Of a DNA stretch of 64,000 nt, positions 24,617-38,823 are shown piece after piece. Both the position numbers and the translations under genes were made by a program. Numbering within the stretch: position 1 is the stretch's first letter; each line of letters begins with the position of its first letter. A model generated the notes under the pieces. It did not search any database. It was not told where the DNA came from and was given only the letters and a program-made list of their open reading frames with translations. Source of the DNA: Novakomyces olei (taxonomy: Eukaryota); the NCBI GenBank assembly GCA_016906335.1, contig JADEYG010000009.1:1302001-1366000 (forward strand), written 5' to 3'.

Positions 24617-26641
24617 ATGAGGCGGCTGCTTTCAGCGCTCTGTGCGCTGTACTTTTGTTGCCAAACAAAAGCAGCAAAGTCCTTCCGTAAACGAGGCTCA
24701 ACGGAGAACGAGCTGATGCTTGTCCACTTGAACGATGTCCATTCGCACTTGGACGAGTTCAATCGATGGGGCACCGACTGTGGCGAGGAAGCAGGGAACG
24801 AGTGTTATGGCGGCTATGCCCGCATCAAGAGCGCAATTGACGCAGTAAGGGCAGAGTACCCTGAGGCTCTCTTACTTGATGGTATCCTTCCCTATGGCTC
24901 GAGAGTCGTCCTGTAGACAGATGCACGGCTCTTAACCCCAACTAACCCTATCATCAGCCATTAAACACTGTACTAACGGCATTTAGCGGGCGACGAGTTC
25001 CAGGGAACGCTATTCTACAATTTTTACAAGGGCGAAAAAATAGCGGAAATTTTGCAGGAGCTTAGAGTCGATGCACTAACGCTGGGAAACCACGAATTTG
25101 ACGATGGACCGGAACTGCTCGCGTCTTTCCTCCACTCTCTGCCGCTCCCTATCGTCTGTGCAAATATAAACTCTTCCGTCACTCGGCTTATGGACGCAGT
25201 TCAACCTTACCACATTTTCACGGATCGTAAACTCGCGATTATCGGGCTAATTACACCCACTACGGGCTCGATCTCCAGTTCCGGTCCGAACGTCACATTT
25301 ACCGACCCCGTCGCGGCAATTCAGCCTGTCATTGACGAAATCAGGGGCAAAGGCATCGACCGTATTATCGCTCTGACGCATATCGGATACGCCGAGGATA
25401 TCGAGCTGGTGCGCAAGACACAGGGCCTTTCTCTCGTAGTCGGAGGCCACTCACACACGCTCCTGGGCCGGGAGCCTTATGCTTCAGGGCCCTACCCGAC
25501 GCGTGTTCGGGACGCGAGTGGGAGACGGGTGCCGATCATTACAGATTACCGCTGGGGCGAGTATTTGGGAGCTGTGCGTGTATATTTCGGAAGCGACGGC
25601 CAGGTCGTCCATACAAAGGGCCAACCTCTGCATCTCCTGCAGAGTATGGCCAAGGACTCTGGTCTAGACCGTCGGATTAAAGAATGGCGAGTGCCCTTTG
25701 ACAATTTTGCCAAGGAGGTTATCGGGTTTGCTAAGGAGGCCTTTGACGAATCTGCCTGCCAGTTTGAAGAGTGTGAAATTGGTGATCTAGTAGCGACGGC
25801 CATGCTAGACTCTCGTGTTTCAAAGGGTGCTATAGTACACGGGGCTCTTATGAATGCCGGTGGTATTCGGGCCTCACTTAACCGCGGAAACATTACTCGT
25901 GGAGAGATTCTAACAGCTCTGCCTTTTGGGAGTGCTGTAGTCGATCTTACGTTTACTGGAGCCGAGCTCTGGCTTATCATTGAGGGGATTGTATCCTGGG
26001 AGAATCAGGAGACTGGCCATTCTACTACTTCCTTCTTGCAAGTAGCCGGAATGACTATTGTCTACGACGCCTCCCGAGAGCCGGGACAGAGGCTGCGAGA
26101 GCTTCACCTGCTAGATCATGACGTGGGTGAGGATGGGATCAGCAAGCAAAAGCCTGTTGTTCTTGACGAGACGTATACTATTGCTACTCTTGATTTTATG
26201 GCTCGTGGAGGAGATTATTGGTGGCCTGAGCGGTCCGACTTTGTGCGTAAGTTTGCTACTGTGTTTCTCATATGCACTTTTTGGCTTTTATTTTGCCAAC
26301 CATCTGCGGCCACGCTATTCAAAGTCCATTTCGTTTTGCCTGCCTTTTTTCCTTTTCGCCCTATTAGCTGGTTTCCAGAATACTAAAGTTTAGCATTGGA
26401 CCAAATCGATGATGCTGTTATGGAGTATATCGAGAAACATCAAGTTGTGTCGCCGCACAAAGACGGTCGAATCACTGAAGTATCGCATTCATTTGGAAAG
26501 AACAGGTGCTCTACAAACACTCTTATGCAATTATTATACTTCGTGCTGGAACCGCTTACGAGTCTCTTTGCACCTCTGCTTGGCGCTGGCGCCTCAGTGC
26601 GAATTGAGGTGGATGCATTCAGCACTTGTAAAGCTCATTAG
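24617..26641 (+). CDS. Secreted/ecto 5'-nucleotidase (calcineurin-like metallophosphoesterase plus 5'-nucleotidase C domain), 3 exons
   Basis: Signal-like N-terminus, HLNDVHSH, LLDAGDEFQGT (spliced), TLGNHEFDDG, ALTHIG, VVGGHSHT, NAGGIRA, LPFG; hydrophobic C-terminal tail. Confidence 0.92.
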
Positions 26642-26994
26642 GGTTGCATTATCATTTCCGATAGAGGAAAAGGCGGATTAGGGTTTATAGGGGCGTAATT
26701 GGTTAACTGTAATTAAGAGCAAGTTTTTTGGCTTTGGTTTGTTGTAGTATTTTATTCGGGTTGGATTAGTGTCACATTGTTACTTTGGCCAATTTATATC
26801 TGCTCCGTATTAATCTTGTGGCTTGAGGCACACATAACCCTGATTCAATAACCCTACTATATATAGCCCTAATAAAATAACCCTAACCCTAGCCAGATCA
26901 AATTTAATAAAATTGGGTCCATATTAACATATTATTATTGCACTCTTCATAAAACTAATGCCAATCCACAAATTTCCCCATAAAAGCTATCCCA

Positions 26995-28213
26995 ATGGTT
27001 GGCCCAGGCCACCAAGCTTTCGAGCACCAAGTCGCCGGCCATCCAGGCATTTTATATGACGGCGATGATACAGCTTTGCTCTTTAAGCCCTGTACGCAAA
27101 CAGAAATAGAGTTTTATCAAGGCGCTCAGTTTAATTCACGTTTAAGTCCGTTTGTTCCAGCTTTTCTGGGAACGCTGGAACTCGATAATCGGCAGGCGGC
27201 CGAGTTGCGTCGGCAGGAACAGCATATCCCGACTCCTCACGCACACAGCTTTACGACAGCGGCAGTTTTACAAAATTTAACAAACGGGTTTTTGCATCCG
27301 ACAGTCAGCGATATAAAGTTGGGGGCCCGTTTGTACGCGGACGATGCTTCGCCTGGGAAACGTGAGCGTATGCAGCAAAAGGCGATGGAAACTACCTCCG
27401 CCAAGCTCGGGTTGAGGATTACTGGAGTAAAGGTAAGGTGATAATTATTGGATCACGGATTTGATTTGATTTGATTTGATTTAATTTAATTTAATTTAAT
27501 TTAATTTGATTTAATTTGATTTAATTTGATTTGATTTGTTTTGTTTTGTTTATTTGGTGCAATTTAATGTTTCATCTTGATTTAATTTATTTTTAACTTG
27601 ATCATCTCAGCTCCTTCCTGGCGGAAAAAAGTCTAATTTTCAGGCATGGAACGGGCAGGACCGAGCTTACACTCTGTATTCACGCGATTGGGGTCGTCGG
27701 CTGACGGCCGCAACATTTCTCGATGGATTTATGGAGATGTTGCGGTACTGCAGCAATGATATGGCACGGGCTGTTTTATCCCGCATGCGAGAGCAAGTCG
27801 AAGCATTATATGACGCCGTGAGTCGCTTGCAGCTGCGAATGTACGGAGCTTCGCTTCTTGTCGTGATTGAAGGAGACGAAAAAACGTTTTGGCAAAAGTG
27901 TAATGCGGAACCAAAATCCTCTGTTTTCCCTTCGGAAACAGCTCGGTTTGGTGGAGACCAAGATGATGAAGACGAGGATGATGATGATGATGAAGAAATG
28001 TCTTTGGAAGTGCGGGAGCCCGTGATTGTCCGGCTTATAGATTTTGCACATTCAAAATGGGTATCAAAAGAGCTTGGTCCAGATAAAAATTTACTAGAAG
28101 CCTTAAAATCCATTATTGAGTTCATCAAGTGTGCCAAATTACGGTATAATGGCGACGAGGATGCTGCAACTTCTTTGTCAACCCTCGCCGAGACTGCTTC
28201 AGCGCCAAATTAA
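26995..28213 (+). CDS. Inositol polyphosphate kinase (Arg82/IPMK-like); intron 27433-27643
   Basis: QVAGH, PxxxDxKxG (PTVSDIKLG), TTSAKLGLRITG, ASLLVVIE and LIDFAHS motifs, with an acidic poly-D insert. Confidence 0.9.
27457..27552. repeat. Pentanucleotide (GATTT/AATTT/GTTTT)n tract in the IPK intron
   Basis: Visible periodic sequence. Confidence 0.8.
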
Positions 28214-28815
28214 GCTGGTTCACGTTTCGCTCAAGGTGACTGGATATGGTTTTATGTACATACTTGAATTGGCTGGCGTTTGCGTGATTATAATAGATTA
28301 ATGAAGCATTTTATATTTATTTAAAGATTAGATTAGAGATGGACTTTGTTCCAGTTTCAACAATGTATTTGTAGCCAACAGCTCGAGAGGACGAGTATGT
28401 TTTATTAAAGTGTAGTCGGCAAGTGCGCCAAATTTTAGATATTCTTTACAATTAGTTACACTGATTCGAATGAGATTTACACTTTAATTCGCCTAAACTA
28501 ACTTTACATTTATCTATATGCCCTTATATTATAGTGTGAGGATGTTTCATTCGTATTATGGACGCTCATATATTGAAGTATAGTAACAGCCACGCAAGAA
28601 TACAAATAAACGAATACAATTAACTCGTATGCAATTGAAATGCTGATAATAGTTGACGATCAAATTTAATATATTTATACTCTAAAATATTATGCAATTT
28701 TATTACAAAGAGCTCGCGTAGTCTACGCTGACGCCTTTTGCCATCATTAAATCCTTTTCCAGACCGTTTCCACTGCTGACGGCCTCTTTACTCTACGCAA
28801 ACACGAATATTCTTT

Positions 28816-30616
28816 TTATTTGCGCTGTACGGGTATCTCAAACACGACAACACGATTACGCGCCTTTGCATCATGTTTCCATCGACCCTGTCGTAACTCG
28901 TTCCCCACAGCTGCTACGATCAAAAGCTTTGGCTCACCACCTTCTTCGACATGGTAAACTGCCTGCAACGAATTTACAAAGCCCCCAACGTTCTCGAGCT
29001 GTCCAATCTGCCTGAATGATTTTAGAGTAGGATCAATTTTCCACACCCGCAATTTACCGTCCCACGAACCAGAAACAAAAAGATCCGCATAGGGCACAGT
29101 AGCAATACAAGTAATCCAATGTGCCAATGGTGCAGGAGACGTCTCCGGCTCCGTCTCCGCACTGTGCCGTTGCCGGGGCAACGCGTCCTCAAGTCCATGG
29201 GCCGTGTCAATTGCAAATACTGGTTTCTTTTTAAAAGCAGACCAAAGAGCAATGCGTCCATTGTCTGATCCAGTAACAAAATGGTTCTCGTCCACACAGG
29301 CCACCGCATCAATACTTCCTTCGGCATTATTATTCTCTTTTTCATTCTTGTTGCTGCTAGTGCCTCCACGGAAAACCAGCTGTGATTCCTCCACAATCTT
29401 CCAGACCCGTGCAGTCTTATCACGAGCGCCCACACTAATACACCGCTCATTCGCGAGAGCAGCAACACCAACAACCTCGTCTTGATGACCAAACAGTGTC
29501 TGTATGTACGCAAGGCCATCAAGGTTCCATTGCTTCACAGTTCGATCTGCAGAGGCACTATAAAGCTCATTTGTGCCCCGTCGGAAAGCGAGAAAGAGTA
29601 CAGGAGCTCGATGGTGGTTAAAGTAACGCTGTACTTGCAGTGTATCTGCTTTCCGAACTACTATACGCCGATCTGCTCCCGCCGTTACTACAAAATTGCC
29701 GTCGGGAGAAACAGCCAAGTGTAGAATAGCGGCAGTATGGCCCTTGGGACTACGACGAGCATAGCCTGCCCGGCGTGAGTGGGCCAAATCCCATTTTTGT
29801 AATAATCCGTCTTTTGATCCAGTGTATATAAAGGGATAATGAACAGCGGCACAAGTGATACAGCTTTTGTACCCGCCCAGTACCGTTGTCGTAGCCGCTT
29901 CAAGGTTCAGTCGGTCTGCGACAAGGTCGTACATTTTGCCCCGATGCTCGGCCTTTGAATTAGCAGCTGAACGATAGAATAGGCTTCGTATAACAAAAGA
30001 AAAAGACGAAAAAGATTACGTGGAACGGGTTTAAAAAAAGGCAAGTTAATAGGCATTAATTACGTGAGACAAATAGAGCCATTAGAGCAGTTGCAGAATT
30101 TTGTAAGACCAGGATACGACACCGGTAGTGATAGGGAAAAAGATGAAATAAAATCTAGTGCGCCGTCTCTCCAATTGCAAAGTTAAACAAAAAAACAAAA
30201 CCCAGATTTGTGTAATATTAGAGTAGACATACCACATCATCAACTAGTCGCTGAGCAATATTCTCACGATCAATCTCGGCCGCGTCCACATCGGCAGCTG
30301 CTACTGCTTCTTCAGACCGCAGACTGTTTATATAATCTTTAGCCAATCTTAATCGGCGCTCTGCGGCAGTTTCAGTATCGCTCTCCGCGCTGGAATAGCT
30401 TTCGGCACTTGAAAAACCGTCTGCCTCTTCGTCAGACGAAACCTCATCGTCATCGCTCTGCTTTTCATTATCCTTTCGATTTTGTCCTTTTCGCTCGTGC
30501 GGCTTCTGACGAGCACTATTTTTCTCTGACGAACGTTTAAGCGGTCGGCGCACATTTTTTTCCGCGGCACGCTTACGCTTGCGCGCTGCAGGGTCGCTGA
30601 GAAAGGGATCTGGCAT
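28816..30616 (-). CDS. RRP9: U3 snoRNP WD40 protein Rrp9 (U3-55K); intron 30232-29953
   Basis: MPDPFL N-terminus, ETAAERRLRLAKDY, YIQTLFGHQD, VGARDKTARVWKIVEESQLVF, ELRQGRW. Confidence 0.94.
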
Positions 30617-31027
30617 TGCAATTAGATGCGTTCTGCCTTCGTGACAGGCATGGTGTATAATTTTTTTTTATTTAATTTTTTTTTTTTGATTTTTTATATA
30701 ATTTTTTATTAATTTATAAATATATATTTTTTATAATTACCGTAACTCACTTTTTTGATATATTTACTGCACAATAGTTCAATTCTATATAAAGTGAGTG
30801 AGCCTTAAACTAATGTAATAATCTCTTCTATATAATTATTCTATTATATCACAAGTCGAGCTCAGCAGTATATTATAGCGATTCGCTTATTGAATTTAAT
30901 TGCACGTGAGTGCACGTACTCTAACCATAAAAACCCTAATAATACCCAGAAAACCCTAAACAGCTCTGGCAGTAGAATCTGTCTGGATGACGCACGAGCC
31001 AAAGAGTTCCCTGTGCCCTCTGTCGCG

Positions 31028-31722
31028 ATGGACACATTGTTTGGTATCACAGGCAAAGATTTCGTGAGTCAAGCGGCCATTATATACTGCGTCTAACACA
31101 GCCAGGTGATTACTGCTTCCAGCAAGGCGGCTATCCGTGGAATCACGGTGCTAAAAGGCGACGATGACAAGTCGCGACGACTTAATAAGCACACTATTCT
31201 TCTCTACTCTGGCGATTCCGGGGACAGTGTGAATTTCGCAGAATATGTGCAGGTGAGTGTTATTCGTCTTTTCGTTGTGATTTATCCGTCTATTCATTGT
31301 GGTTAGGGCGCCTGTGCTAATCTCTGCAGGCAAATTTGCAACTGTACGAGAAGCGTAATGATATTGAACTCGGCGGAGCGGCGGCCGCGTCCTTTGTTCG
31401 CCGCGAACTGGCGACCTCTTTACGGAGTCGTAAACCTTACCAGACCAATCTTATAGTAGCAAGCTTTGACGGGGAGCCGCAATTATATTGGATAGATTAT
31501 CTTGCTTCTGCTGCCCGGCTGCCTTACGCGGCACAAAACTATGGAGCATTTTATTGCCAATCTATTTTCGACAGGTACCACCGGCCCGATGTCTCGCTCT
31601 CAGAGGCATTGGATATTCTCCGCAAATGTTTTTCAGAGCTGCAATCACGTCTGCCAATAAATTTTGGCGGCTGGGACGTTAAAGTTGTCGACAAGGACGG
31701 CGTACGTGCCATCTCCGTATAA
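31028..31722 (+). CDS. PRE1: 20S proteasome beta-4 subunit, 3 exons
   Basis: MDTLFGITGKDF|VI, GDSVNFAEYVQ|ANLQLY, LRSRKPYQTNL, LYWIDYL, VKVVDKDG. Confidence 0.95.
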
Positions 31723-32092
31723 TAACTATAATATATTAGGCGTTCGCGCTGTCCGCTCATGTATAAGAATCTCATATCAATAGTTTATGGCAGGAAGCAC
31801 TATATTTGTACGTGAATTGTGGACTGGCGAAACTGATCGCCATTGCTCTATACTTTAATCTTTAAAATTCAAAACTGGTATTTATTCTAAGACTGTAAAA
31901 TATTCTACAAGACTACAAAAGACTCAATAAAGACGAGACGTAGAGAGTACAGATATAATAATAAAATTTAATTATCCATATCCATATCGATAAAAGTTAA
32001 ATGTATAATGGATGATTTTATTATTGCTGTAAAATTAATCTGATTTTTTTTGGGCTGTCGCACAGAGCCAAAGGGCTGTAATAACAGCGGCA

Positions 32093-34113
32093 ATGGCAAC
32101 ACTCGTGCCTCCATTAAACAAAAAGCAAAAACGAGATCAACAGAATGTTGAATCCAAAACTGTGCCTGACAAATTTCCTTCAGTCAGCGTTTCTTTCGTA
32201 TCGGCCGATGGCGAAGAGCAGTTTGCTCCAATGCTGATTCCGGGCAATTCGTCCTCAGCTCAATTAGAACAGCTTGTGAATCAGCTACGTGGCAATGTAA
32301 GTTACATGGGCGCTACGTTATCAGGTTTTTGGAGTCGTAAATAAAAGACTAATTTCAAAATGGAAGAGAAAAAGATTTGGCAATACAACAATTATTTTCG
32401 ATTAATGAGCATAAGGGCGGGATACGGCTGTTCTTTCCCGTATATATATATATAACTCAAAGCTAACGTGATAGAGCGATGACCCCGTTCCGCTGGCGTT
32501 TGCACTGGCACAAGACGGGGCGCCTGTAGAAATTACAGAGAATTTATTCTTGTCAGTCTATCAGCCAGGCATAAAGTCGCCAGAAGACCGTATACAGCTT
32601 ATTTTCACACCACAAGCAGTTTTCCGGGTGCGTCCAGTAAATCGGTGTAGTGCTAGTATCGCGGGACACGATGCCAGTATTATTGCTGCTCAATTTGCGC
32701 CTTTTGGAGGATCACGCTTGGCTACTGGAAGTGGAGACTTCACTGCACGTATCTGGGACACGGAGACACAGACTCCCATGTATACGCTCTCGGGCCATTC
32801 TGATTGGGTCAATGTTGCTTCTTGGTCTCCAGACGGAAAGATACTAGCTACCGGTAGCATGGACTGCTCTGTAAGTGGAGGATGTATATATTATTGTTTT
32901 CCAAAGGATATTTTATGTCTTTATTGTCTATCTTTTCCTTTATTCTCGCAACATGTTTTGTATGTTTACATTGTTATTGACTGTTAGATCCGGCTCTGGG
33001 ATACAAAAACAGGCAAACTTTTAGGCCAGCCGTTAAAACGGCACTCTAAGCCTATAATGTCGATATCCTGGGAACCGTATCACTTGTGCGAAAACGAAAC
33101 ACAACTGCGTCTAGCCTCGGGGGCTAAAGACGGTAGCATACGCACTTGGTTTGCTGGATCTCAGCGCCAGCAGCATTGCTTAAGTGCTCATTCAGGCCCT
33201 GTGACTTGCGTGAAATGGGGAGGCAAAGGCTGGATTTATTCGTCCTCGTATGATCGGACAATCCGGATATGGGACGCTAGTACTGTATGTGATTGCACAT
33301 TATTTATAATCACAGATTTTCTATAACATTTTTACAATTCCGTTTATATTTATGTTTGATTTTACTTTTCTTTTTTCCCTAAAATAATTTTTTTAAAACA
33401 ATTTTAAAATAATTTTTCAACGGGTCTTTAATATTTTTTCAAATTTCAGTTCTATATGTATATACCTTTTTCTTTTTATTTCGTCTAATAACTAGGCCCA
33501 ACTATTGCATACTCTTGCAAGCCATTCTGCACGAATCAACCATTTAGCTCTTTCAACGGACCAAGTATTAAGATCTGGCCCGTTTGATCATTATGGCCGA
33601 CGGGCGAAAAACACAGAAGCAGCCAGAGCACAGGCTCAGGAGCAATACGAAACAGCTCTTCGCCAGTGTGGAGGCGTTGAGCGGCTTGTTTCCGCTAGTG
33701 ACGATTTGCAGCTAATGCTCTGGCACCCAGAGCAAGGAACAAAGCCTGTTGCCAAAATGCATGGCCATCAAAAAGTAGTAAACCACGCGGCCTTCTCGCC
33801 CGATGGACGTACAATTGCTACAGCATCTTTTGATAATTCTGTTCGGCTGTGGAACAGCACAAATGGCCAATTTATTGCGACACTTCGGGGACACGTTGCC
33901 GCTGTTTACCAGTGTGCCTGGTCGAGTGATTCACGTTTGCTTGTTTCATGTTCACGTGATACGACGCTTAAAGTTTGGGATATCCGGCAAAGACGGTTGA
34001 AAACGGACTTGCCTGGCCATACAGACCAAGTTTTTGCTGTAGACTGGAGCACGGACGGGACCCGTGTTGCTAGTGGTGGAGCAGATAAAACGGTGAGGAT
34101 ATGGCAGCATTAA
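32093..34113 (+). CDS. RSA4: Ribosome assembly factor Rsa4/Notchless (NLE domain plus WD40), 4 exons
   Basis: MATLVPPLNKKQK, PQAVFRVRPVNRCSASIAGH, SWEPYH, GHQKVVNH, DLPGHTDQVFAVDWS. Confidence 0.95.
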
Positions 34114-34412
34114 ATTTAGATTAGCATTTTTAGACTAATGATTGTATAAATAATATGACAATAATAGACATATATTCTACAATGCCCATGACCCTGCTAC
34201 GCTAGTGGCAAGTCTATCAAAAAATCTTTTGTATTTATCAGGCGTCGGCGTTGTAACACAGCCAACTATTAAATAAAAGTACATGCGTATATATGATCCT
34301 GTGGTCCGCTTAACCATCAATCTTGGCAATTGTTTATGCAACAGCGTATTCCTTCTACCATTTTAACCAACCATTAGTTTCCAATACCCCCGTGTGTATA
34401 TACCCTACTTGC

Positions 34413-37336
34413 CTACATAATCGAGCAATCTTCTGGCCGGAATCCGTATATAACACGGTCCACGTCCCGTTTTACCCGCAGCCAGTCCGTCCGGCACTGT
34501 GCAAACTCGTAAACGTCCTCGGGCCGAAGTACACCAGCAAACCGGGCCACATCGCTCACTACTTGGCCAACGGCTTTGCCATCGCAACCATCAATAATAA
34601 AGATATTGCCTACTTCCTTTAGGGCTACAAAATAAGGCATAATCTCTGACTGACGAAGGGAGTCGATATAGTGGTGGTACAGGTTCATATCGCTAATAAA
34701 CACAATACCCCCGTCCAGAGTGACACGCTGCCTTTTTATATGCTTACACAGGACACTAAACAAACGAATGGCGACTTCCTGGTAGAACACATCCAACACG
34801 TTCTTATCCGTGTTTCCCACCAGCAGCTTCAGATGGTCGTCGAGGCACTTGACCACCAGTTTAGCCGCCACTGTAGGACCCAACTCGTCCGGTCGCCCGT
34901 TGCCCAGCAAAACTGCAGGCGGCCTGTAATCCTCTGGCAGCTGCTGAGTCAATAGTATATACTCAACCTGACCCATAAGCACATCGATGCCCTTATGCAG
35001 TCCTGCGGCAACGTACTCGTCAATCATTTGCTCAAACTTTTTCTTTTCTTTGACCACCGGGTTCAAGAAATCAGATTTATCAACAAGGCCCTCCATTTCC
35101 CGCGCGTAAAAGACGTCCACCATTTGCTGTATTAGATCACCGACACTCACCAGCTCGAGAAATACTACGAGCGGCTGAACTTTGGCAGCAGAAGCTTCAA
35201 CCGTTGAAGAGCTGGATACCCTCTGGCTTCTTTGCTGGAGCATTTCCCGCTCCTGCCGAGGATTGTACGCAGACAAGTGTAGCAGCGCCTGGTTGAATCC
35301 TACTTTTACATGCTTGTCACCGAGATACTGCAAAAGCGTAACAAACATTGTCTGGCAGGCAGCAGTAGCGTCCTGGCCAAGTTGGCCATTGAGCGATGTA
35401 AAGGACCGGACTTGCCCCATACACGTGCGGCAATTATGGATCAACTGGAGCGCGACTTCCAGGCTGAAAAGCGAACGAATGCCCTCCAGACGATGGGCCA
35501 TAATTGCAGCCTGCGCCGCCAGCTCTGTTGTAGGCAGATCGCTCTCTGTTGAGCTCTTGCCCTGCTGTACTATTGTGGGCGAAGAATCATTTGCTGTGTT
35601 GGCTGAAGGCGGCGGCGACGAGGAAGACGATTGATGGAAGGCTTTCGGTATCGCTGTCACCGGCATGAGAATCATTTTCTGGAATGAAGCAAGAAAATTG
35701 CCTTTCGAGACGTCTCTGCTCACATTGCTCAGCAGAAGAGATTCTGTGGTTTCCGACTCGGTTTTCAGCTGGATTTTTAGTTTAAGGGTAAATTGAATAA
35801 AGAAATAATATTATATGTATATATACATGACAAAAGAGGAAAAGCAATAAAATATTATACAAACCTTTTCGGTGTAAGCATCAACCTCTGCTCTGCATTT
35901 TTCTGATAATGTTTCTGTTTCTTCCCGCAAAAACAAGGCGAGTTCGTGTTCAAATCCAGGCTGAAAAGCGGATATAATTTCTGTCTTGTCGACGGCTTCT
36001 ATAATTATTTTATTTTGAACGAGCCGATCAGTCAATTGTAAGCAAAGATCGAACGAGCCGGAAACGGCCTTCATGTATAACTGAGTTTCATCATTGGGGA
36101 TGCTTTCAAGAAGCATCGTAATGTATTTTGAAAATCCTTCACGAAGTAGTAACAGAACAAGACCCCGTAAAGGCTTAAATTCCACGGGGAAAGCGGTGCT
36201 TGCAACTTTTGCCTGCTTGTCCAGGGTATCGGCGATAGCGGAAAGAAGGCTCAGCATAGGCTCGAAATGAATTTCGGTCTCATTGTTCCTGACATTAGAA
36301 TATGGGACTGGAGAAAATTGCGGAGTGTAAACGATTCAGCAAGGTCCTGGTAGAGTGAATGAAAAATAAATAAAAATATATAGTAGACATAGCAAAGTTT
36401 CGTTAATGATCAGGCTAAAAAAATATAGCTTTGTAGCAAATACGAAAATAATAGCTCATCAAAAAAGCTTTTCACTTACGTCAAACAGTCACGCGGGTCC
36501 CTAAACTGCATACACTGCGTCAAGAAAAATGTTTTATATGCTTCAAAAGCGGCACGTCCACCATTTAGAAGTATCAGTACATTAGAGAACCTTCTTATCC
36601 CGTCTGCCCGATCAGGCAGGGCAAAACATTGGCCCAATTCTTGCAGACAATGCCCCTCAAACTCTTCCGTTATTTCTATACGTCGTTTTTCCCGCTCTCT
36701 CCAGAGTGGAATCAGCAAAGGGCCTAGACGCGAAAACTTTGCAAACTCGTTCAATACACGAGCCTTTTCTTCCGGTTCACTAAATCGAACAAATAGCAGA
36801 GAGTTGGAATTCATGTCGGTCAGGTTCCTAAATGCCGGCCAAAGCGCACACCAGATTTGAGCAAACTGTAATTTCGCTCGCCGGCCATAAGCTCCCTGCA
36901 AACGAAGTGCAGTCAACAGCCTGGGCTTATCGTGCTCACTGTTAAAGCGCAATAGATCAATACAATGGCACTGCTCCAGAGCCTTAGAAATATGCTGCTC
37001 TTCCACGTACTCGATACTTTTTTTCTCGGTCAATAAATCCTCTTTTCTGTTTCTGACTTGAAGGCTTCTCCGTCTTGCACTACGCAGACGCCTTTCATTT
37101 TCTCGCGCTTGTGTCACGTCCCAGACACCAATTCTTTGAAGAGGCTCAATCCATACTTCGTCACGATCAGCCAAGTCACGAAACCGTTGGCACGTCTGTG
37201 CAAACCGGCCACGTGCTTTTACGGGCAGCAGGTAAAGCACTTCAATGAAGAACGAGTCGGGTAGTGCAGAACAAAGATTCCCTGACCGAAGGGTTCTGTC
37301 AGCCGGATCTGCTGCCATAATGTTGGCATATCTCAT
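34413..37336 (-). CDS. RCY1: F-box protein with Sec10-like C-terminal domain (Rcy1/Pof6 recyclin), 3 exons
   Basis: N-terminal F-box (LPDSFFIEVLYLLPV...FAQTCQRFRDL); KGNFLASFQKMILMPV, GIRSLFSLEVAL, VAAGLHKGIDVL; CaaX end CSIM. Confidence 0.9.
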
Positions 37337-37431
37337 AAAATTGTTGGCCCTGCTTTATCCATCGTCTCATACAGAGCCTTACTGGGGGTTTTGCTGAATT
37401 GCTCAATGACCTTGCTGGATGCTTGGTTCGC

Positions 37432-37682
<251 letters not shown>

Positions 37683-37733
37683 ATTAATAATCCCAATTTA
37701 CAGGCCGCGGCTTCTTCAATAGCAGCACCGATA

Positions 37734-38348
37734 ATGTAAGAAAAGCGGCTCAGATCTGGTCGAAAATGGGCTCACCGTCTCAAAAATCGGCACTTGAACA
37801 AAGCTAATCATAAAGGAGCGGAAACATTAGCAGTAAAGCCTCGCAATCTGTGGCTGGGCGCTTCTTCGCATGGGCGCGTTCTCCCGATGCTATTCGCTAC
37901 GTATGCAGCACACACTTTTGGGGGCCAGTTTCGAATTTTGGAATCCCGCTTGCTGCTATCGCCGATCTTAAAAAGGATCCTAAATACATTTCTGGACCGA
38001 TGACATTTGGTGCGCCGTATTGCGATAAATTTGCTTTGCATATTACATTTGCTTTGCACCTTACTAACGGTTCAGCTCTCATTGGATACTCTGCTACATT
38101 CATGCGCTATGCTATGGTACAAAAGTGCTTTTGGTTTAAACGTATACTAATTATAGGCTGTTACACCCAAAAATTATCTGCTGTTGGGCTGCCATGTCAT
38201 TAATTTTGGCGCCCAGGTGACACAGGCCGCCCGCTTTACCAATTACCGGTGAGTCTGTCCTTTAGGCACACAATCTTATCGGCCTTTTATCAACTCTGAC
38301 TAATTATGTAGCATGGCCAGTAAGCCGGCTACGGCTCAGACGGCATAA
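37734..38348 (+). CDS. MPC1: Mitochondrial pyruvate carrier 1, 5 exons; start codon split AT|G by intron 37736-37815
   Basis: STHFWGPVSNFGIPLAAIADLKKDP, ISGPMT, YSATFMRYAM|AVTPKNYLLLGCH. Confidence 0.92.
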
Positions 38349-38823
38349 TTTGATTTGTCTATATGTGCTTTTTAACGTTGTCAACATGTGTGTGTGTTTG
38401 TGTATCATGTGGGGAAGGTTTGTCACATTAATACATAGACTTTTTATGAGTGTGACTATTGTTTGCTGCGGGCGGCCAGTAACATCAGTGTTATGATAAT
38501 CTATTGTATGTACGCAGTATCTTTTGCCTGTTTAACCGTTTTCGCAATGCAGCAATTCGGCTCTGAAGTAGTCTATATTCCCTGACATGTCTGTTTCGTT
38601 CCAATACATTTCAATAGCACGATTGTTCTTGCTTGAACTCGAGCGATTTTCTAGCCTTTGAAGGTATAGATTTTGTAGATTTAATGGGTTTGGTAAACTT
38701 TGTAAATTTTGTGCATCTAGATTCATTAGGACCTATGCTAATATTTTCATGCATTATGCTAATCAGTGTACTTTTTCCATAAGGACGGCAATCTCTACAA
38801 CAAAACTTTCGCCTCAATACCCA

